From Rhodothermales bacterium (GTDB taxonomy: Bacteria; Bacteroidota; Rhodothermia; Rhodothermales; BA12), in assembly GCA_963829705.1 (NCBI GenBank), contig CAWHJN010000002.1, positions 162,954 to 226,953 of the forward strand: a stretch of 64,000 nucleotides of DNA, in the 5' to 3' direction. A program made the translations under genes and the position numbers. Each line of letters begins with the position of its first letter. Position 1 is the stretch's first letter. Below are positions 17,779-27,616 of the stretch, in pieces. Under the pieces are notes generated by a model, which made no database searches, was not told where the DNA came from, and worked only from the letters and a program-made list of their open reading frames with translations.

Positions 17779-18354
17779 CTACCCCTCTCCCTCGTCCAGA
17801 ATGTAAATGTCAGCCAGATTGCGCCCGAGTTGGCCGTAATCCAATCCGTAGCCGATCACGAACAGATTGGGGATGCGGAAGCCGACGTAATCGAGCTTCA
17901 CGTCCACGCGCGTGGCCTCGTGCTTGTGCAACAGCGTCGCCACGCGCACGCTGGCGGGGTGGTTGCCCTCGACGCCTTGCAGGATGTACTGCATCGACAA
18001 CCCGGTGTCCACGATGTCCTCGACGAAGATGACGTGGCGGCCTTCGATGTCGGCGTTGATTTTCTTGAGTTCGGTGACGTTGCCGCTCGACACCTTCGCC
18101 GCGCCGTAGGACGAGAGCTTCAAGAAATCCACCTCGCACTCGATGTCGATGTGCCGCATGAGGTCGGAGATGAACATGAACGCGCCGTTGAGCACGCCGA
18201 TGAGGATGGGTTTTTTCCCTGCGTATTCCCTGCTGATCTCGGCTCCGAGTTCGGCGATGCGCGCGTCGATCACGTCGCGGCCGAGGTAGGGGCGGAACCG
18301 CTCTCCGCGGCAGGTGATGGTGGCAGGCGCGGAGGAAACAGGCGATTCAGGCAT
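17779..18354 (-). CDS. hpt: hypoxanthine phosphoribosyltransferase
   Basis: 191 aa. VIFVEDIVDTGLS is the PRPP-binding loop, and LPYIGF-type and GYGLDY motifs are present. Confidence 0.9.
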   Translation of the reverse strand: MPESPVSSAPATITCRGERFRPYLGRDVIDARIAELGAEISREYAGKKPILIGVLNGAFMFISDLMRHIDIECEVDFLKLSSYGAAKVSSGNVTELKKINADIEGRHVIFVEDIVDTGLSMQYILQGVEGNHPASVRVATLLHKHEATRVDVKLDYVGFRIPNLFVIGYGLDYGQLGRNLADIYILDEGEG

Positions 18355-18381
18355 GTGCGGCGGGTTCGGATAGGTCGGGAT

Positions 18382-19744
18382 TCAAGATACGGGCGGCGCG
18401 AACGTCAGCCGCACGACGGCGAGAGCGCCGGGGCGCAGGCGCGTGGCCTCGGCAGCGCGTACACCGGGCACCCACACGAGGGTTTCGCCCGCGCAGACGA
18501 CGAGGGCATCGCGGCGCTGCGTGGCGGGCCAGTGCGCGTCAGTGAGAAGGTCGCTGACTTTTTTGTGCCCGTCCATCCCGAACGGCTGCATCGCATCGCC
18601 TGCCTGCCACGGGCGGACCGTCAGCGGCCACGCGATGGCGTCCGCTTCCACGAGGCACACGTCGGGCGAAACACGGAGATCGCCCGGCGCGGGCAGCGGT
18701 GGTGAGGCGGCCGAAGAAGCCTCGCGGCGAGCGCGAGCGACTTGGCCCGGCCACAGCACGCCATGCGTGGGGCGTGCGTCCAGCAGCACCGGCTCGAAGC
18801 GCAGCGCGGCGCGGTCGCGCACGACGCGGCCTGTGGCAAAGTCCACGTGCCGCCCCACCTGCGCCTCGACGAGCGCGCCGAGTCGGCGGGCGACGGCGCG
18901 GGAACGCGGCGCGGCGGGCAGGAACGCTTCGAGCGCGTCGAGCAGCACACGCCCGCGCCACGGGTGCGGCATCGCCTGCAAGGCATCCAGATCCACCGAC
19001 CGCATCCCGAAGCTCGCCCGGTGCCACGCCTCACGCCGCGCCTGCCACACAGCCAGATGCGACCGCCGGGTGCGAGCGGTGGCGGCGAGGTGCTGTTCGA
19101 TGTCTGGCACCACGGCGCGCATCTGCGGCAGCAGCACGTGCCGCACGCGGGCGCGGCGGTACCGGAGGTTTTCGTTGCTGGCGTCGTCGTGGTACGCGAG
19201 GCCATGCGCGGCGGCGTACCGCTGAAGGTCGGCCCGGGGCACATCGAGCAGCGGGCGCGCCAGTGTCACCGCGCTCGCCGGTGCCAGCGGCCGGACGAGC
19301 GGCATCCCCGCCAGCCCGAGCACGCCCGCGCCGCGCAGCGCCTGGAGCAAGACCGTCTCGGCCTGGTCGGACGCATGGTGCGCCACGGCCACCCAGTCCA
19401 TCCCGCGCGCCGCCGCGACGCGCTCGAAAAATCCGTAGCGCACCCGCCGTGCCCAGGCCTGCACGGATGCTTCCGGCTTTTCTGCGTCTGCCACCCGCAA
19501 CACGTGCAGCGGAAGGTCCCACGCCGCGCACTGCTCGCGGACGAAAAGCAGCGTCGGCATCGGAAGCCTCGCCGCGCAGTCCGTAATCGACGTGTGCCGC
19601 CTCGACGGCCAGCCCGGCGGCGCGGCAGGCGTGCAGCAGCGCCATCGAATCCAGCCCGCCACTCACCGCCACGAGGCCGCGCCCGTCGAGCGCGTGCGCG
19701 TCCAGAAACGCCGTCACCGCGCCGGGGAGGTCGGGCACGCGCAT
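18382..19744 (-). pseudogene. tilS: tRNA(Ile)-lysidine synthase TilS, split by a 1-nt frameshift (real lesion or assembly indel)
   Basis: The PP-loop N-terminus (MRVPDLPG...LVAVSGGLDSMALL...HVDYGLRGEASDADAAF) is in the frame starting at 19744. The remainder (FVREQCAAWDLPLHV... through the TilS C-terminal domain) is in the frame of ORF 18382-19662. The two frames meet at the A4 run 19544-19547 (T4 in the sense strand). Confidence 0.85.
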
Positions 19745-19747
19745 GGC

Positions 19748-21691
19748 TCAGGAGCGCCCGAAGCGCCGCCGCAGCTCCTCGACGGAAATCTTGATGAGCG
19801 TCGGGCGTCCGTCGGGCGAGACCATCGGGGCCTGGCAATCGAAAAGCTGGTCGATGAGGCTCCGCATCTCTTTTTCGGTGAGCCGCCGCCGCGCGGGCAT
19901 CGCCGAGCGCCGGGCCATGCTGCGCGCGAGCAGTTCGCGGCGCGAGACGCGGAGGGCGTCGGCGTGGGCGCGGTACTGTTCGAGGAGATCGTCGAGGATG
20001 GAGCGCTCGTCGCCCGAGGGAATGTCGGCGGGCACGCCGCGCACGACGATGGAGCGCCCGCCGAAGGGTTCGAGGTCGAAGCCGAGCGCCTGGAGTTCGG
20101 GCAACAGCTCGCGCACGAGCGCGAGGTCCGGCGCGCTGAACTCGATGGTGCGCGGAAAGAGAAGCTGCTGCGACATCGCCACGCCGTTGTTGAGCGTGCT
20201 CAGGGCGCGCTCGTACAGAATCCGCTCGTGCGCCGCCTGCTGGTCGAGGATCATCAACCCCGACCGGATAGAGGTGAGGATGTACCCGTCGTGGAGTTGA
20301 ACGAGCACGTCGGGGCGCCCGTCAGCCTCGTCGGGGTGCAGCGCCGTGCCCGCCGCCAGCGTCTGCTGCCCCAGCGGTGCGGCTTCGGCAGGCGTCGCGG
20401 GCGCGAACGTGGCGGTGGCACGCGCGACCTGCGCCGGAAGGGCATCCGGCAGGTCGGACACGTCGAACGGCGCGTCGTCGTCGGCAGGCAGGGCGGACGC
20501 CGAGGCGGCGCCCGTTCCAGTGCCGGTGCGGGTGGGCGGCGCGTAGAGCGTCGCGCCCGGAAACGCCTCGCCTGGCAGCGCGGCAGCGCGGGGCGGCACA
20601 GTCCGCGTCATCACCGACTGCGCGGGCGTGGCCTGCTGCGCGCGCGGCGTCGCCGTGGCCATGCCCAGCGCCTTGCGGACGACCGCGCGCACGAAGCCGT
20701 GGACGCCACGCTCGTCGTCGAACTTCACCTCGGCCTTCGTCGGATGCACGTTCACGTCCACGTGACCGGGGTCGAGCGAAAGGAACAGGACGAAAAACGG
20801 GTACGTGCCTTTCGGAACGAGGCCCTCGTAGCCCGAGAAGATGGCGTGGTCGATGGAGCGGTTGCGGACGTAGCGGTCGTTGACGTACAGAAACTGCTCG
20901 CCGCGCGCGCGCCGCGAGAAGCCCGGCTCGGCCACGAAACCCGCCATCGACAGGTAGCTCGTCGCCTCCTCGACCTTCACCAGCTTTTGCCCGTGCTCGG
21001 CCCCGAACACCTCGCCGATGCGTGCCCGGAGCGCTTCGAAAGAGTCGGCGTCGGGGCGCCCCTGGAGCGTGAACACCTCCTCGTCGTTGTGGAACAGCGT
21101 GAAGCCCACGGCGGGGTGCGAGAGGGCCAGAAACTGGAAGGTTTCGAGCAGGTGCTTGTACTCGGTCGCCGGGCTTTTGAGAAAGCTGCGCCGCGCCGGG
21201 ACGTTGTAAAACAGGTTGCGGACGGCGACGGACGTGCCCGTGGGCGTGGCGACGGGCTCGGTGCCCATGTGGTGGCCGCCTTCGACGCGCACGCGCGTGC
21301 CCACGTCGTCGTTCGCGCGCCGCGTGCGGACTTCTACCTGTGCCACGGCGGCAATCGACGCGAGCGCCTCGCCGCGAAAACCGAGCGTGGCGAGCGTTTC
21401 GAGGTCTTCGATCTGCCGGATCTTGCTCGTCGCGTGCCGCCGGAAACACGCCTCGGCATCCGCCGCGCTCATGCCGCCGCCGTCGTCGATAATCTGCACG
21501 AGTTCGCTGCCTGCGGCTTTGAGCAGCACCGTCACGTGGCGCGCACCCGCGTCGAGGCTGTTCTCGACCAGCTCCTTGAGCGCCGACGCCGGCCGCTGCA
21601 CCACCTCGCCCGCGGCGATCTTGTTGGCCAGCGGCTCGGGCATCACCTGGATGATGGCGTCGCCCTGTGGGCCTCCGGGCGCGAACGTCAT
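19748..21691 (-). CDS. mutL: DNA mismatch repair protein MutL
   Basis: The start MTFAPGGPQGDAIIQVMPEPLANKIAAGEVVQRPASALKELVENSLDAG is the GHKL ATPase N-terminus. The stop is 4 nt before the tilS start. Confidence 0.92.
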   Translation of the reverse strand: MTFAPGGPQGDAIIQVMPEPLANKIAAGEVVQRPASALKELVENSLDAGARHVTVLLKAAGSELVQIIDDGGGMSAADAEACFRRHATSKIRQIEDLETLATLGFRGEALASIAAVAQVEVRTRRANDDVGTRVRVEGGHHMGTEPVATPTGTSVAVRNLFYNVPARRSFLKSPATEYKHLLETFQFLALSHPAVGFTLFHNDEEVFTLQGRPDADSFEALRARIGEVFGAEHGQKLVKVEEATSYLSMAGFVAEPGFSRRARGEQFLYVNDRYVRNRSIDHAIFSGYEGLVPKGTYPFFVLFLSLDPGHVDVNVHPTKAEVKFDDERGVHGFVRAVVRKALGMATATPRAQQATPAQSVMTRTVPPRAAALPGEAFPGATLYAPPTRTGTGTGAASASALPADDDAPFDVSDLPDALPAQVARATATFAPATPAEAAPLGQQTLAAGTALHPDEADGRPDVLVQLHDGYILTSIRSGLMILDQQAAHERILYERALSTLNNGVAMSQQLLFPRTIEFSAPDLALVRELLPELQALGFDLEPFGGRSIVVRGVPADIPSGDERSILDDLLEQYRAHADALRVSRRELLARSMARRSAMPARRRLTEKEMRSLIDQLFDCQAPMVSPDGRPTLIKISVEELRRRFGRS

Positions 21692-21695
21692 GCGA

Positions 21696-21902
21696 TCAGC
21701 CAAGCGCGTTGAACAGGTAGAGGACGAGGGCAATGAGCGCGCCAATGTAGAGCGCCTTGGTGGGGCTGCTGCGCTTGCGCGCACCCCGCGCCACACGGAT
21801 GCGCTGGCGCAACGTCTCGTCGCGAGTGGGATCGTAGAAGCGCGGCTCGTAGTCGAAGCGGCGCGCCGTGGGACGTTTACCTCCGGGAACGAATAAACCC
21901 AT
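21696..21902 (-). CDS. small hypothetical protein with a C-terminal transmembrane helix
   Basis: 68 aa. The stop is 5 nt upstream of the mutL start. Composition is coding-like and the tail ALYIGALIALVLYLFNALG is hydrophobic. I recognise no family. Confidence 0.45.
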   Translation of the reverse strand: MGLFVPGGKRPTARRFDYEPRFYDPTRDETLRQRIRVARGARKRSSPTKALYIGALIALVLYLFNALG

Positions 21903-22105
21903 GCCTGGAAAAGGGATGTGTACCGTGTGTGCGTACGGTGCGCGCCGGACGGCGTTCCGGTGGCGCGATGGTCTGAAGATCGCCGCAACAGAGGCTGGAG
22001 GTTGGTCGTTCGTCCCAGGTCACTCGCCGACCCGCTCGGCCCCGTCCCCTGCTCCACCCCCGTCCTTCCCCACCCACCTCACCACCCCGCAACCCCATCA
22101 CCTCC

Positions 22106-23212
22106 ATGTCCACCCGCCGCACGCCGCTTTACGATACCCACGTCGCCCTCGGAGCCCGCATGATGCCGTTCGGCGGCTTCGAGATGCCCGTCCAGTACAC
22201 CAGCATCCTCGACGAGCACCGGGCGGTGCGCCTGCACGCGGGGCTGTTCGACGTAAGCCACATGGGCGAGGTGCGGGTGCGCGGGCCGCACGCGTTCGAC
22301 TTCGTGCAGCACCTCGTCACCAACGACGTGAGCAAGCTCACCGACGGACGCGCGCAGTACACGGCCATGTGCAACGAAACGGGAGGCATCGTGGACGATC
22401 TGCTGGTCTACCGCATCGCCGACGACGAGTACCTGCTCGTCATCAACGCCTCGAACATCGACAAGGACCTCGCGTGGATGCGCGCCCACAACCCGATGGA
22501 CGCCGAGTTGGTGGACGAGTCCGACGCGACGGCGCTGCTGGCCCTCCAGGGCCCGAAGGCCTTCGACATCTTCGAGAAAGTCGCTCCCGGTGCCGCCACG
22601 GATCTGCCCTACTACCATTTCCGCGTGCTGGAAAACGGCGAACTGCTGGGCATCGAGAACGTCGTCGTCTCGCACACGGGCTATACGGGCGAGAAGGGGC
22701 TGGAGATCTACGTGCCCACCGACGCAGCGCAAAAAGTGTGGGACGCGCTGATGGAGGCGGGCGAGGCCGAGGGCCTGAGTCCCGCCGGGCTGGGCGCGCG
22801 CGACACGCTGCGCCTCGAATCGGGCTACTGCCTCTACGGCAACGACCTCAGCGACGAGACGACGCCGCTCGAAGCGGGCCTCGGCTGGGTGACGAAGCTC
22901 GACAAGGGCGATTTCGTGGGCCGCGAGCCGCTCCAGAAGCAGAAAGCCAGCGGCGTGCCGCGCAAACTCATCGGCTTCGTGATGCAGGAGCGCCGCATCC
23001 CCCGCCACGGCGACGGCCTCGCGGCGGACGAAAATGGCGAGCCCATCGGCGAGGTCACGAGCGGCTCGCAGTCGCCCTCGCTCAACCGGGGCATCGGCCT
23101 CGGCTACGTTCCCAACGACCCCGCCTACACGACGCCCGGCACCACGCTCTACCTCGACCAGCGCGGCAAGCGCTTCACGGCCATCGTCCAGAAGCCACCG
23201 TTCGGTGGATAG
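22106..23212 (+). CDS. gcvT: glycine cleavage system aminomethyltransferase GcvT
   Basis: 368 aa. TPLYDTHVALGARMMPFGGFEMPVQY, GLFDVSHMGE and HTGYTGEKGLEIY are present. Confidence 0.93.
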   Translation: MSTRRTPLYDTHVALGARMMPFGGFEMPVQYTSILDEHRAVRLHAGLFDVSHMGEVRVRGPHAFDFVQHLVTNDVSKLTDGRAQYTAMCNETGGIVDDLLVYRIADDEYLLVINASNIDKDLAWMRAHNPMDAELVDESDATALLALQGPKAFDIFEKVAPGAATDLPYYHFRVLENGELLGIENVVVSHTGYTGEKGLEIYVPTDAAQKVWDALMEAGEAEGLSPAGLGARDTLRLESGYCLYGNDLSDETTPLEAGLGWVTKLDKGDFVGREPLQKQKASGVPRKLIGFVMQERRIPRHGDGLAADENGEPIGEVTSGSQSPSLNRGIGLGYVPNDPAYTTPGTTLYLDQRGKRFTAIVQKPPFGG

Positions 23213-23389
23213 AACCGGGAGATTGGAAGAGATCGCGGATTCTGCGCGGATGGTTCAGCAGGGGCACTCCCGGCTGCGCTTCCACAACGGCCACGAGGTT
23301 TCTGCAAAGAGAGCGGCCTGAATGCCGTTGCGCCGCGCCGCTTCAACCTCCCCCTCTTACCCGCCGAGCTCCTGTCGTAACTTTCGGGC

Positions 23390-25915
23390 ATGAGCACCAC
23401 CAAGCGCCGCAAGGCATCGACGACAGCAAAGAAGAAGGGCGCGGCCAGCGTCACGGAGCGCCGCCGCAACGAGGTGCTGGGCCTGACGCTGCTGGCCGTC
23501 GCCGCGCTGTTCGTGCTCGCCCTCGTCTCGTTCAGCCCCGCCGACAACGAGGTGGCCCGCCGCTTCTCGTGGAGCACGATGCTCCGCCCGCCGCGCGGCA
23601 TCGAGAACTGGATCGGCGCGGTGGGCGCGTGGCTGGCCTACGTGTTCGTCGAGCACTTTATCGGCTACGTCTCGCTGGCCTTCGGCGGGCTGCTCGCCGC
23701 GTGGGGCTGGGTGCTCTTCCGCCACCGCGAGGCCGTTTTCCTGCCCTTCATCTCCATCCTGACGCTGGCGCTGTCGTTCCAACTGGCCGCGCTCATCGGG
23801 TGGTTCGATCTCCAGACTTCCGCCGACCTGACGCACTTCTCGGGCGGCGTCGGCGCGGGCATCGCGGCGTGGCTGGCCAACCTGTTCGGGATGCCCGGCT
23901 CGCTCATCGTGCTGCTGCTGCTGGTGGCCGTGACAGTGCTGCTGCTCGTCGAAGGCGACGTGCAGCGCGCCTTCGACCGTGTGGAAGAGTGGGCGAAGGC
24001 CATCGCCGGGTGGTTCACGGGTCTTTTCGCCTCCTACCGCGAGGGCCACGAAGCCCGCAAGGAACGCCGCGACGAGATCCGCGCCGAGCGCGCCGCGCAG
24101 GCCGAGGCCGACCGCATCGCCCGAGAAGCGGAGAAGAAACGCGCCGACGCCGCCCGTCCGGCCCCCACCGCTTCGACTCCAACGCGCCCCGCGCCGTCCA
24201 CGAGCCTCCCTGCACCCGAGCCGCAGCGGACGCCTCCGCCGCCGCGTCCCGCGCCCGAAGCCGAGCCGTCCACCCCGCTGTCGCTGCGCCCGCCCTCGAT
24301 CCCCGCGCCGCCCAGCAGCGCGCCCGCCGCTGAAGCCGCCGCCCCCGCCGAGCCGTCAATGAAGGTGCAGGAGCGGGTTCACGAAGGCCGCACCGACCGC
24401 ATCGCGCCCTCCGACAGCCCCGACAGTGCCGACCTGCCGTACGTCTTTCCTGGCATCGACCTGCTCGACGCCGCGCCCGAGGGCGAGGCGGGCATCGACT
24501 ACGACGAACTGGAGGAGAACAAGCAGGTGCTGCTCGACAAGCTCCGCACCTACAAAATCGAGATCGTCGACATCAACGCCATCGTCGGGCCGACGGTCAC
24601 GCTCTACGAACTCACGCCCGCCGAGGGCATCAAAATCCGCCGCATCACCGAGCTCGAAGACGACCTGGCGATGGCGATGGCGGCGCACGGCATCCGCATC
24701 ATCGCGCCCATCCCGGGCAAGAGCGCCATCGGCGTCGAGATCCCCAACCGGCACCGCGAGATGGTGCGTCTGCGCGACCTGCTCGGCACCAAGAAATTCG
24801 CCGAGACGCGCATGGAGTTGCCCGTGCCCATCGGCAAGTCCATCGAGGGCGAGGTGTACATGGAAGACCTCACCAAGATGCCGCACCTGCTCATCGCGGG
24901 CGCGACGGGCTCGGGCAAGTCGGTGGGCCTCAACGCGCTCATCGTCGGGCTCCTCTACAAGTGCCACCCGTCGAATCTCAAGTTCGTCCTCATCGACCCG
25001 AAAAAGATCGAGCTGACGCCCTACCGCGCCATGCTCGACCACTTTATCGCCCTTCCCGAAGGCGCGGAAGATCCCATCGTGACGGACTTCAGCCTCGCGC
25101 TCGGGGTACTGAAAAGCTGCGAGAAGGAGATGGAAGAACGCTACGACCTCTTGTCGAAAGCGGGCGTGCGGGGCATCAAAGACTACAACAAGCGCCTCGC
25201 CGACGGCCTCTTCCCCGACGACGAAGGCCACCGCCACCTGCCGTACGTGGTGGTCGTGGTGGACGAACTCGCCGACCTGATGATGACGGCGGGCAAGGAG
25301 ATCGAGGGGCCGATTGCGCGCCTGGCGCAGATGGCACGGGCCGTCGGCATCCACCTCGTGCTCGCCACGCAGCGCCCGAGCGTGGACGTGATCACGGGCC
25401 TCATCAAAGCCAACTTCCCGTCGCGCATGGCCTACCAGGTGGCCTCGAAAATCGACTCGCGGACGATCCTCGATCAGGGCGGATCGGAGCAACTCGTTGG
25501 CAACGGCGATTTGCTCTACATGAACGGCTCGCGGATGGTGCGTTTGCAGGGGCCGTTCGTGTCGATGGAAGAGGTCGAGGCGCTGACGGCGTTTATCGGC
25601 AAGCAGCCCGGCGAAGGGCCGTACGCGCTGCCGTCGTGGGAAGACGACGAGGCCGAGGAGTTTGGCGGCGGCGTCGTCAACGACATGGACGATTACTTCG
25701 AGGAGGCGGCGCGCATCATCGTCAGGAGCCAGCAGGGGTCGGTGTCGCTGCTCCAGCGCAAGCTCTCCATCGGCTACACACGCGCGGCGCGCATCGTGGA
25801 TCAGCTCGAAGACGCGGGCATCGTGGGGCCGTTCGAAGGCTCGAAAGCCCGCCAGGTACTCGTGGCCAGCGAAGCCCAACTCGACGACTTTTTCAGCAAC
25901 TCCTCCGACGCCTGA
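23390..25915 (+). CDS. ftsK: DNA translocase FtsK/SpoIIIE
   Basis: 841 aa with N-terminal transmembrane segments, a Pro/Ala-rich linker, the P-loop IAGATGSGKSVGLN, VVVVDELADLMM, and a C-terminal gamma winged-helix segment (SVSLLQRKLSIGYTRAARIVDQLE). Confidence 0.93.
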   Translation: MSTTKRRKASTTAKKKGAASVTERRRNEVLGLTLLAVAALFVLALVSFSPADNEVARRFSWSTMLRPPRGIENWIGAVGAWLAYVFVEHFIGYVSLAFGGLLAAWGWVLFRHREAVFLPFISILTLALSFQLAALIGWFDLQTSADLTHFSGGVGAGIAAWLANLFGMPGSLIVLLLLVAVTVLLLVEGDVQRAFDRVEEWAKAIAGWFTGLFASYREGHEARKERRDEIRAERAAQAEADRIAREAEKKRADAARPAPTASTPTRPAPSTSLPAPEPQRTPPPPRPAPEAEPSTPLSLRPPSIPAPPSSAPAAEAAAPAEPSMKVQERVHEGRTDRIAPSDSPDSADLPYVFPGIDLLDAAPEGEAGIDYDELEENKQVLLDKLRTYKIEIVDINAIVGPTVTLYELTPAEGIKIRRITELEDDLAMAMAAHGIRIIAPIPGKSAIGVEIPNRHREMVRLRDLLGTKKFAETRMELPVPIGKSIEGEVYMEDLTKMPHLLIAGATGSGKSVGLNALIVGLLYKCHPSNLKFVLIDPKKIELTPYRAMLDHFIALPEGAEDPIVTDFSLALGVLKSCEKEMEERYDLLSKAGVRGIKDYNKRLADGLFPDDEGHRHLPYVVVVVDELADLMMTAGKEIEGPIARLAQMARAVGIHLVLATQRPSVDVITGLIKANFPSRMAYQVASKIDSRTILDQGGSEQLVGNGDLLYMNGSRMVRLQGPFVSMEEVEALTAFIGKQPGEGPYALPSWEDDEAEEFGGGVVNDMDDYFEEAARIIVRSQQGSVSLLQRKLSIGYTRAARIVDQLEDAGIVGPFEGSKARQVLVASEAQLDDFFSNSSDA

Positions 25916-27048
25916 TGCCTGCTCTCCCCGTCCTCGGCATTCTCGGCGGCGGCCAACTGGGCCGCATGACGGCCTTCGCCGCGCTCCGCATGGGCATCCA
26001 CACGCGCTTTCTCGTGCCCGAGAAAACCGGCTCGGTGATGCCGTTTTCCGACGTGACCGTGGGCGACTGGAACCGCTCCGACCTCCTCCGCGACTTCGCG
26101 CGCGGCTGCTCGGCGGTGACGGTCGAGAGCGAGTGGGCCCCCGCCGACAAACTCGCCGACGTGCTGCCGGATGGCGTGGGCCTGTGGCCTGGCCCCGACA
26201 CGCTCAAAACCATCCGCGACAAAGCCGTTCAGAAGGCGACGCTGGCGAAAGCAGGCCTGCCGATGCCCGCGTACCGCGTCTGCACGAGCGAAGCCGAGTT
26301 GAGCGCCGCCGCCGACGCCCTCGGCCTGCCGCTCATGCTCAAGCGCCGCCGTGGCTCGTACGACGGCTACGGCAACCACACCTGTCGCAACCACGCCGAC
26401 CTCGAAGTGGGCTGGAACCGGCTCGCGCAGGATGACGGCCTCGTAGCCGAGGCGTGGGTGGATTTCGAGGCGGAACTGTCCGTCATCGTCGCCCGGACGC
26501 CCTTCGGCAAGACGGCCCTCTACCCAGTCTTCTACACCGAGCAGCGCGACCACCGTTGCCACGCCGTCGTGCTGCCGTCGGGTTTTCCGCCCGAGGTGGA
26601 GCGTGAGGCCGAAAAGATCGCGCTGGGAGCCGTCGAGGCCGTCAACGGCGTGGGCGTGACGGCGGTGGAGATGTTTCTGACGAAAAGCGGCAAGGTGCTC
26701 GTCAACGAGCTCGCGCCGCGCCCGCACAACACGGGCCACGTCACCATCGAGGCGTGCCACACGTCGCAGTTCGAGAACCACGCGCGCGCCGTGCTGGGCC
26801 TGCCGCTGGGCTATCCGGGCCTGTGCGTGCCCGCCGCCTGCATGATCAACGTGCTGGGCCGCCGCAAGGGCCACGTCCACAACGAAGGATTGTCGGACGC
26901 CCTCGCCGTGCCGGGCGCGGCGGTGCATCTCTACGGCAAGCGCTCCGTGAGCCCGCGCCGTAAGATGGGCCACGTGACGGCCACGAGCACGACGCCGGAA
27001 GACGCCCGCGCCCGCGCCGAAAAGGCCGCAGCACTGATTCAGTTGTGA
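25915..27048 (+). CDS. purK: N5-carboxyaminoimidazole ribonucleotide synthase
   Basis: The start ATG overlaps the ftsK TGA (TGATG). LGILGGGQLGRM and VLVNELAPRPHNTGH indicate the ATP-grasp PurK family. Confidence 0.9.
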   Translation: MPALPVLGILGGGQLGRMTAFAALRMGIHTRFLVPEKTGSVMPFSDVTVGDWNRSDLLRDFARGCSAVTVESEWAPADKLADVLPDGVGLWPGPDTLKTIRDKAVQKATLAKAGLPMPAYRVCTSEAELSAAADALGLPLMLKRRRGSYDGYGNHTCRNHADLEVGWNRLAQDDGLVAEAWVDFEAELSVIVARTPFGKTALYPVFYTEQRDHRCHAVVLPSGFPPEVEREAEKIALGAVEAVNGVGVTAVEMFLTKSGKVLVNELAPRPHNTGHVTIEACHTSQFENHARAVLGLPLGYPGLCVPAACMINVLGRRKGHVHNEGLSDALAVPGAAVHLYGKRSVSPRRKMGHVTATSTTPEDARARAEKAAALIQL

Positions 27049-27053
27049 GACAG

Positions 27054-27074
27054 TCATTGGTTACTGGTCATTCG
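27054..27074. repeat. degenerate tandem heptamers GTCATTG GTTACTG GTCATTC in the purK-purE spacer; overlaps the inverted repeat TTACTGG...CCAGTAA
   Basis: Read directly from 27049-27112. Confidence 0.7.
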
Positions 27075-27112
27075 AGTGCGGCCAGTAACGAAGGACACAT
27101 GACAAACAACCC

Positions 27113-27610
27113 ATGACCGATACCCCTTCCCTCGTCGGCATCGCGATGGGCAGCGAATCCGACCTGCCGACGATGCAGGACGCTGCCGACGTGCTCGGTG
27201 CCTTCGGCATCGGGTACGAGATGCGCGTGCTGTCGGCGCACCGGACGCCGCGCGCCATGCTCGACTGGGCCGAGACGGCGCACACACGCGGCCTCAAAGT
27301 CGTCATTGCAGGCGCGGGCGGGGCAGCACATCTGCCCGGCATGATCGCGTCGGTGACGCCGCTGCCCGTGCTGGGCGTGCCCGTCGCGTCGCGGCACCTG
27401 AAAGGACTCGATTCCCTGCTGTCCATCGTGCAGATGCCCGGCGGCGTGCCGGTGGCGACGCTCGCCATTGGCGGGGCCAAGAACGCTGCGATTCTCGCCG
27501 CGCAGATCCTCGCCACGCACGATGCCGACCTGCTCGAAAAGATCATCGCTTACAAGCACGACCTGATCACGACCGTCGAAGCGATGGACGCGCGCGTCCG
27601 CCGACTGTAG
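27113..27610 (+). CDS. purE: N5-CAIR mutase
   Basis: 165 aa. [29 protein letters not shown] and [11 protein letters not shown] are present. Confidence 0.95.
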   Translation: MTDTPSLVGIAMGSESDLPTMQDAADVLGAFGIGYEMRVLSAHRTPRAMLDWAETAHTRGLKVVIAGAGGAAHLPGMIASVTPLPVLGVPVASRHLKGLDSLLSIVQMPGGVPVATLAIGGAKNAAILAAQILATHDADLLEKIIAYKHDLITTVEAMDARVRRL

Positions 27611-27616
27611 CTTTTT

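Noticed and set aside
21903-22105. Possible glycine riboswitch in the 203-nt region upstream of gcvT, which is a classic location.
   Set aside because: The conserved aptamer elements are absent on either strand: GGAGAG, CACCGAAGGGGCAA-type and CUCAGGCAAAAGGAC-type. Only generic GC hairpins and a C-rich leader are present. An Rfam/Infernal scan would settle it.
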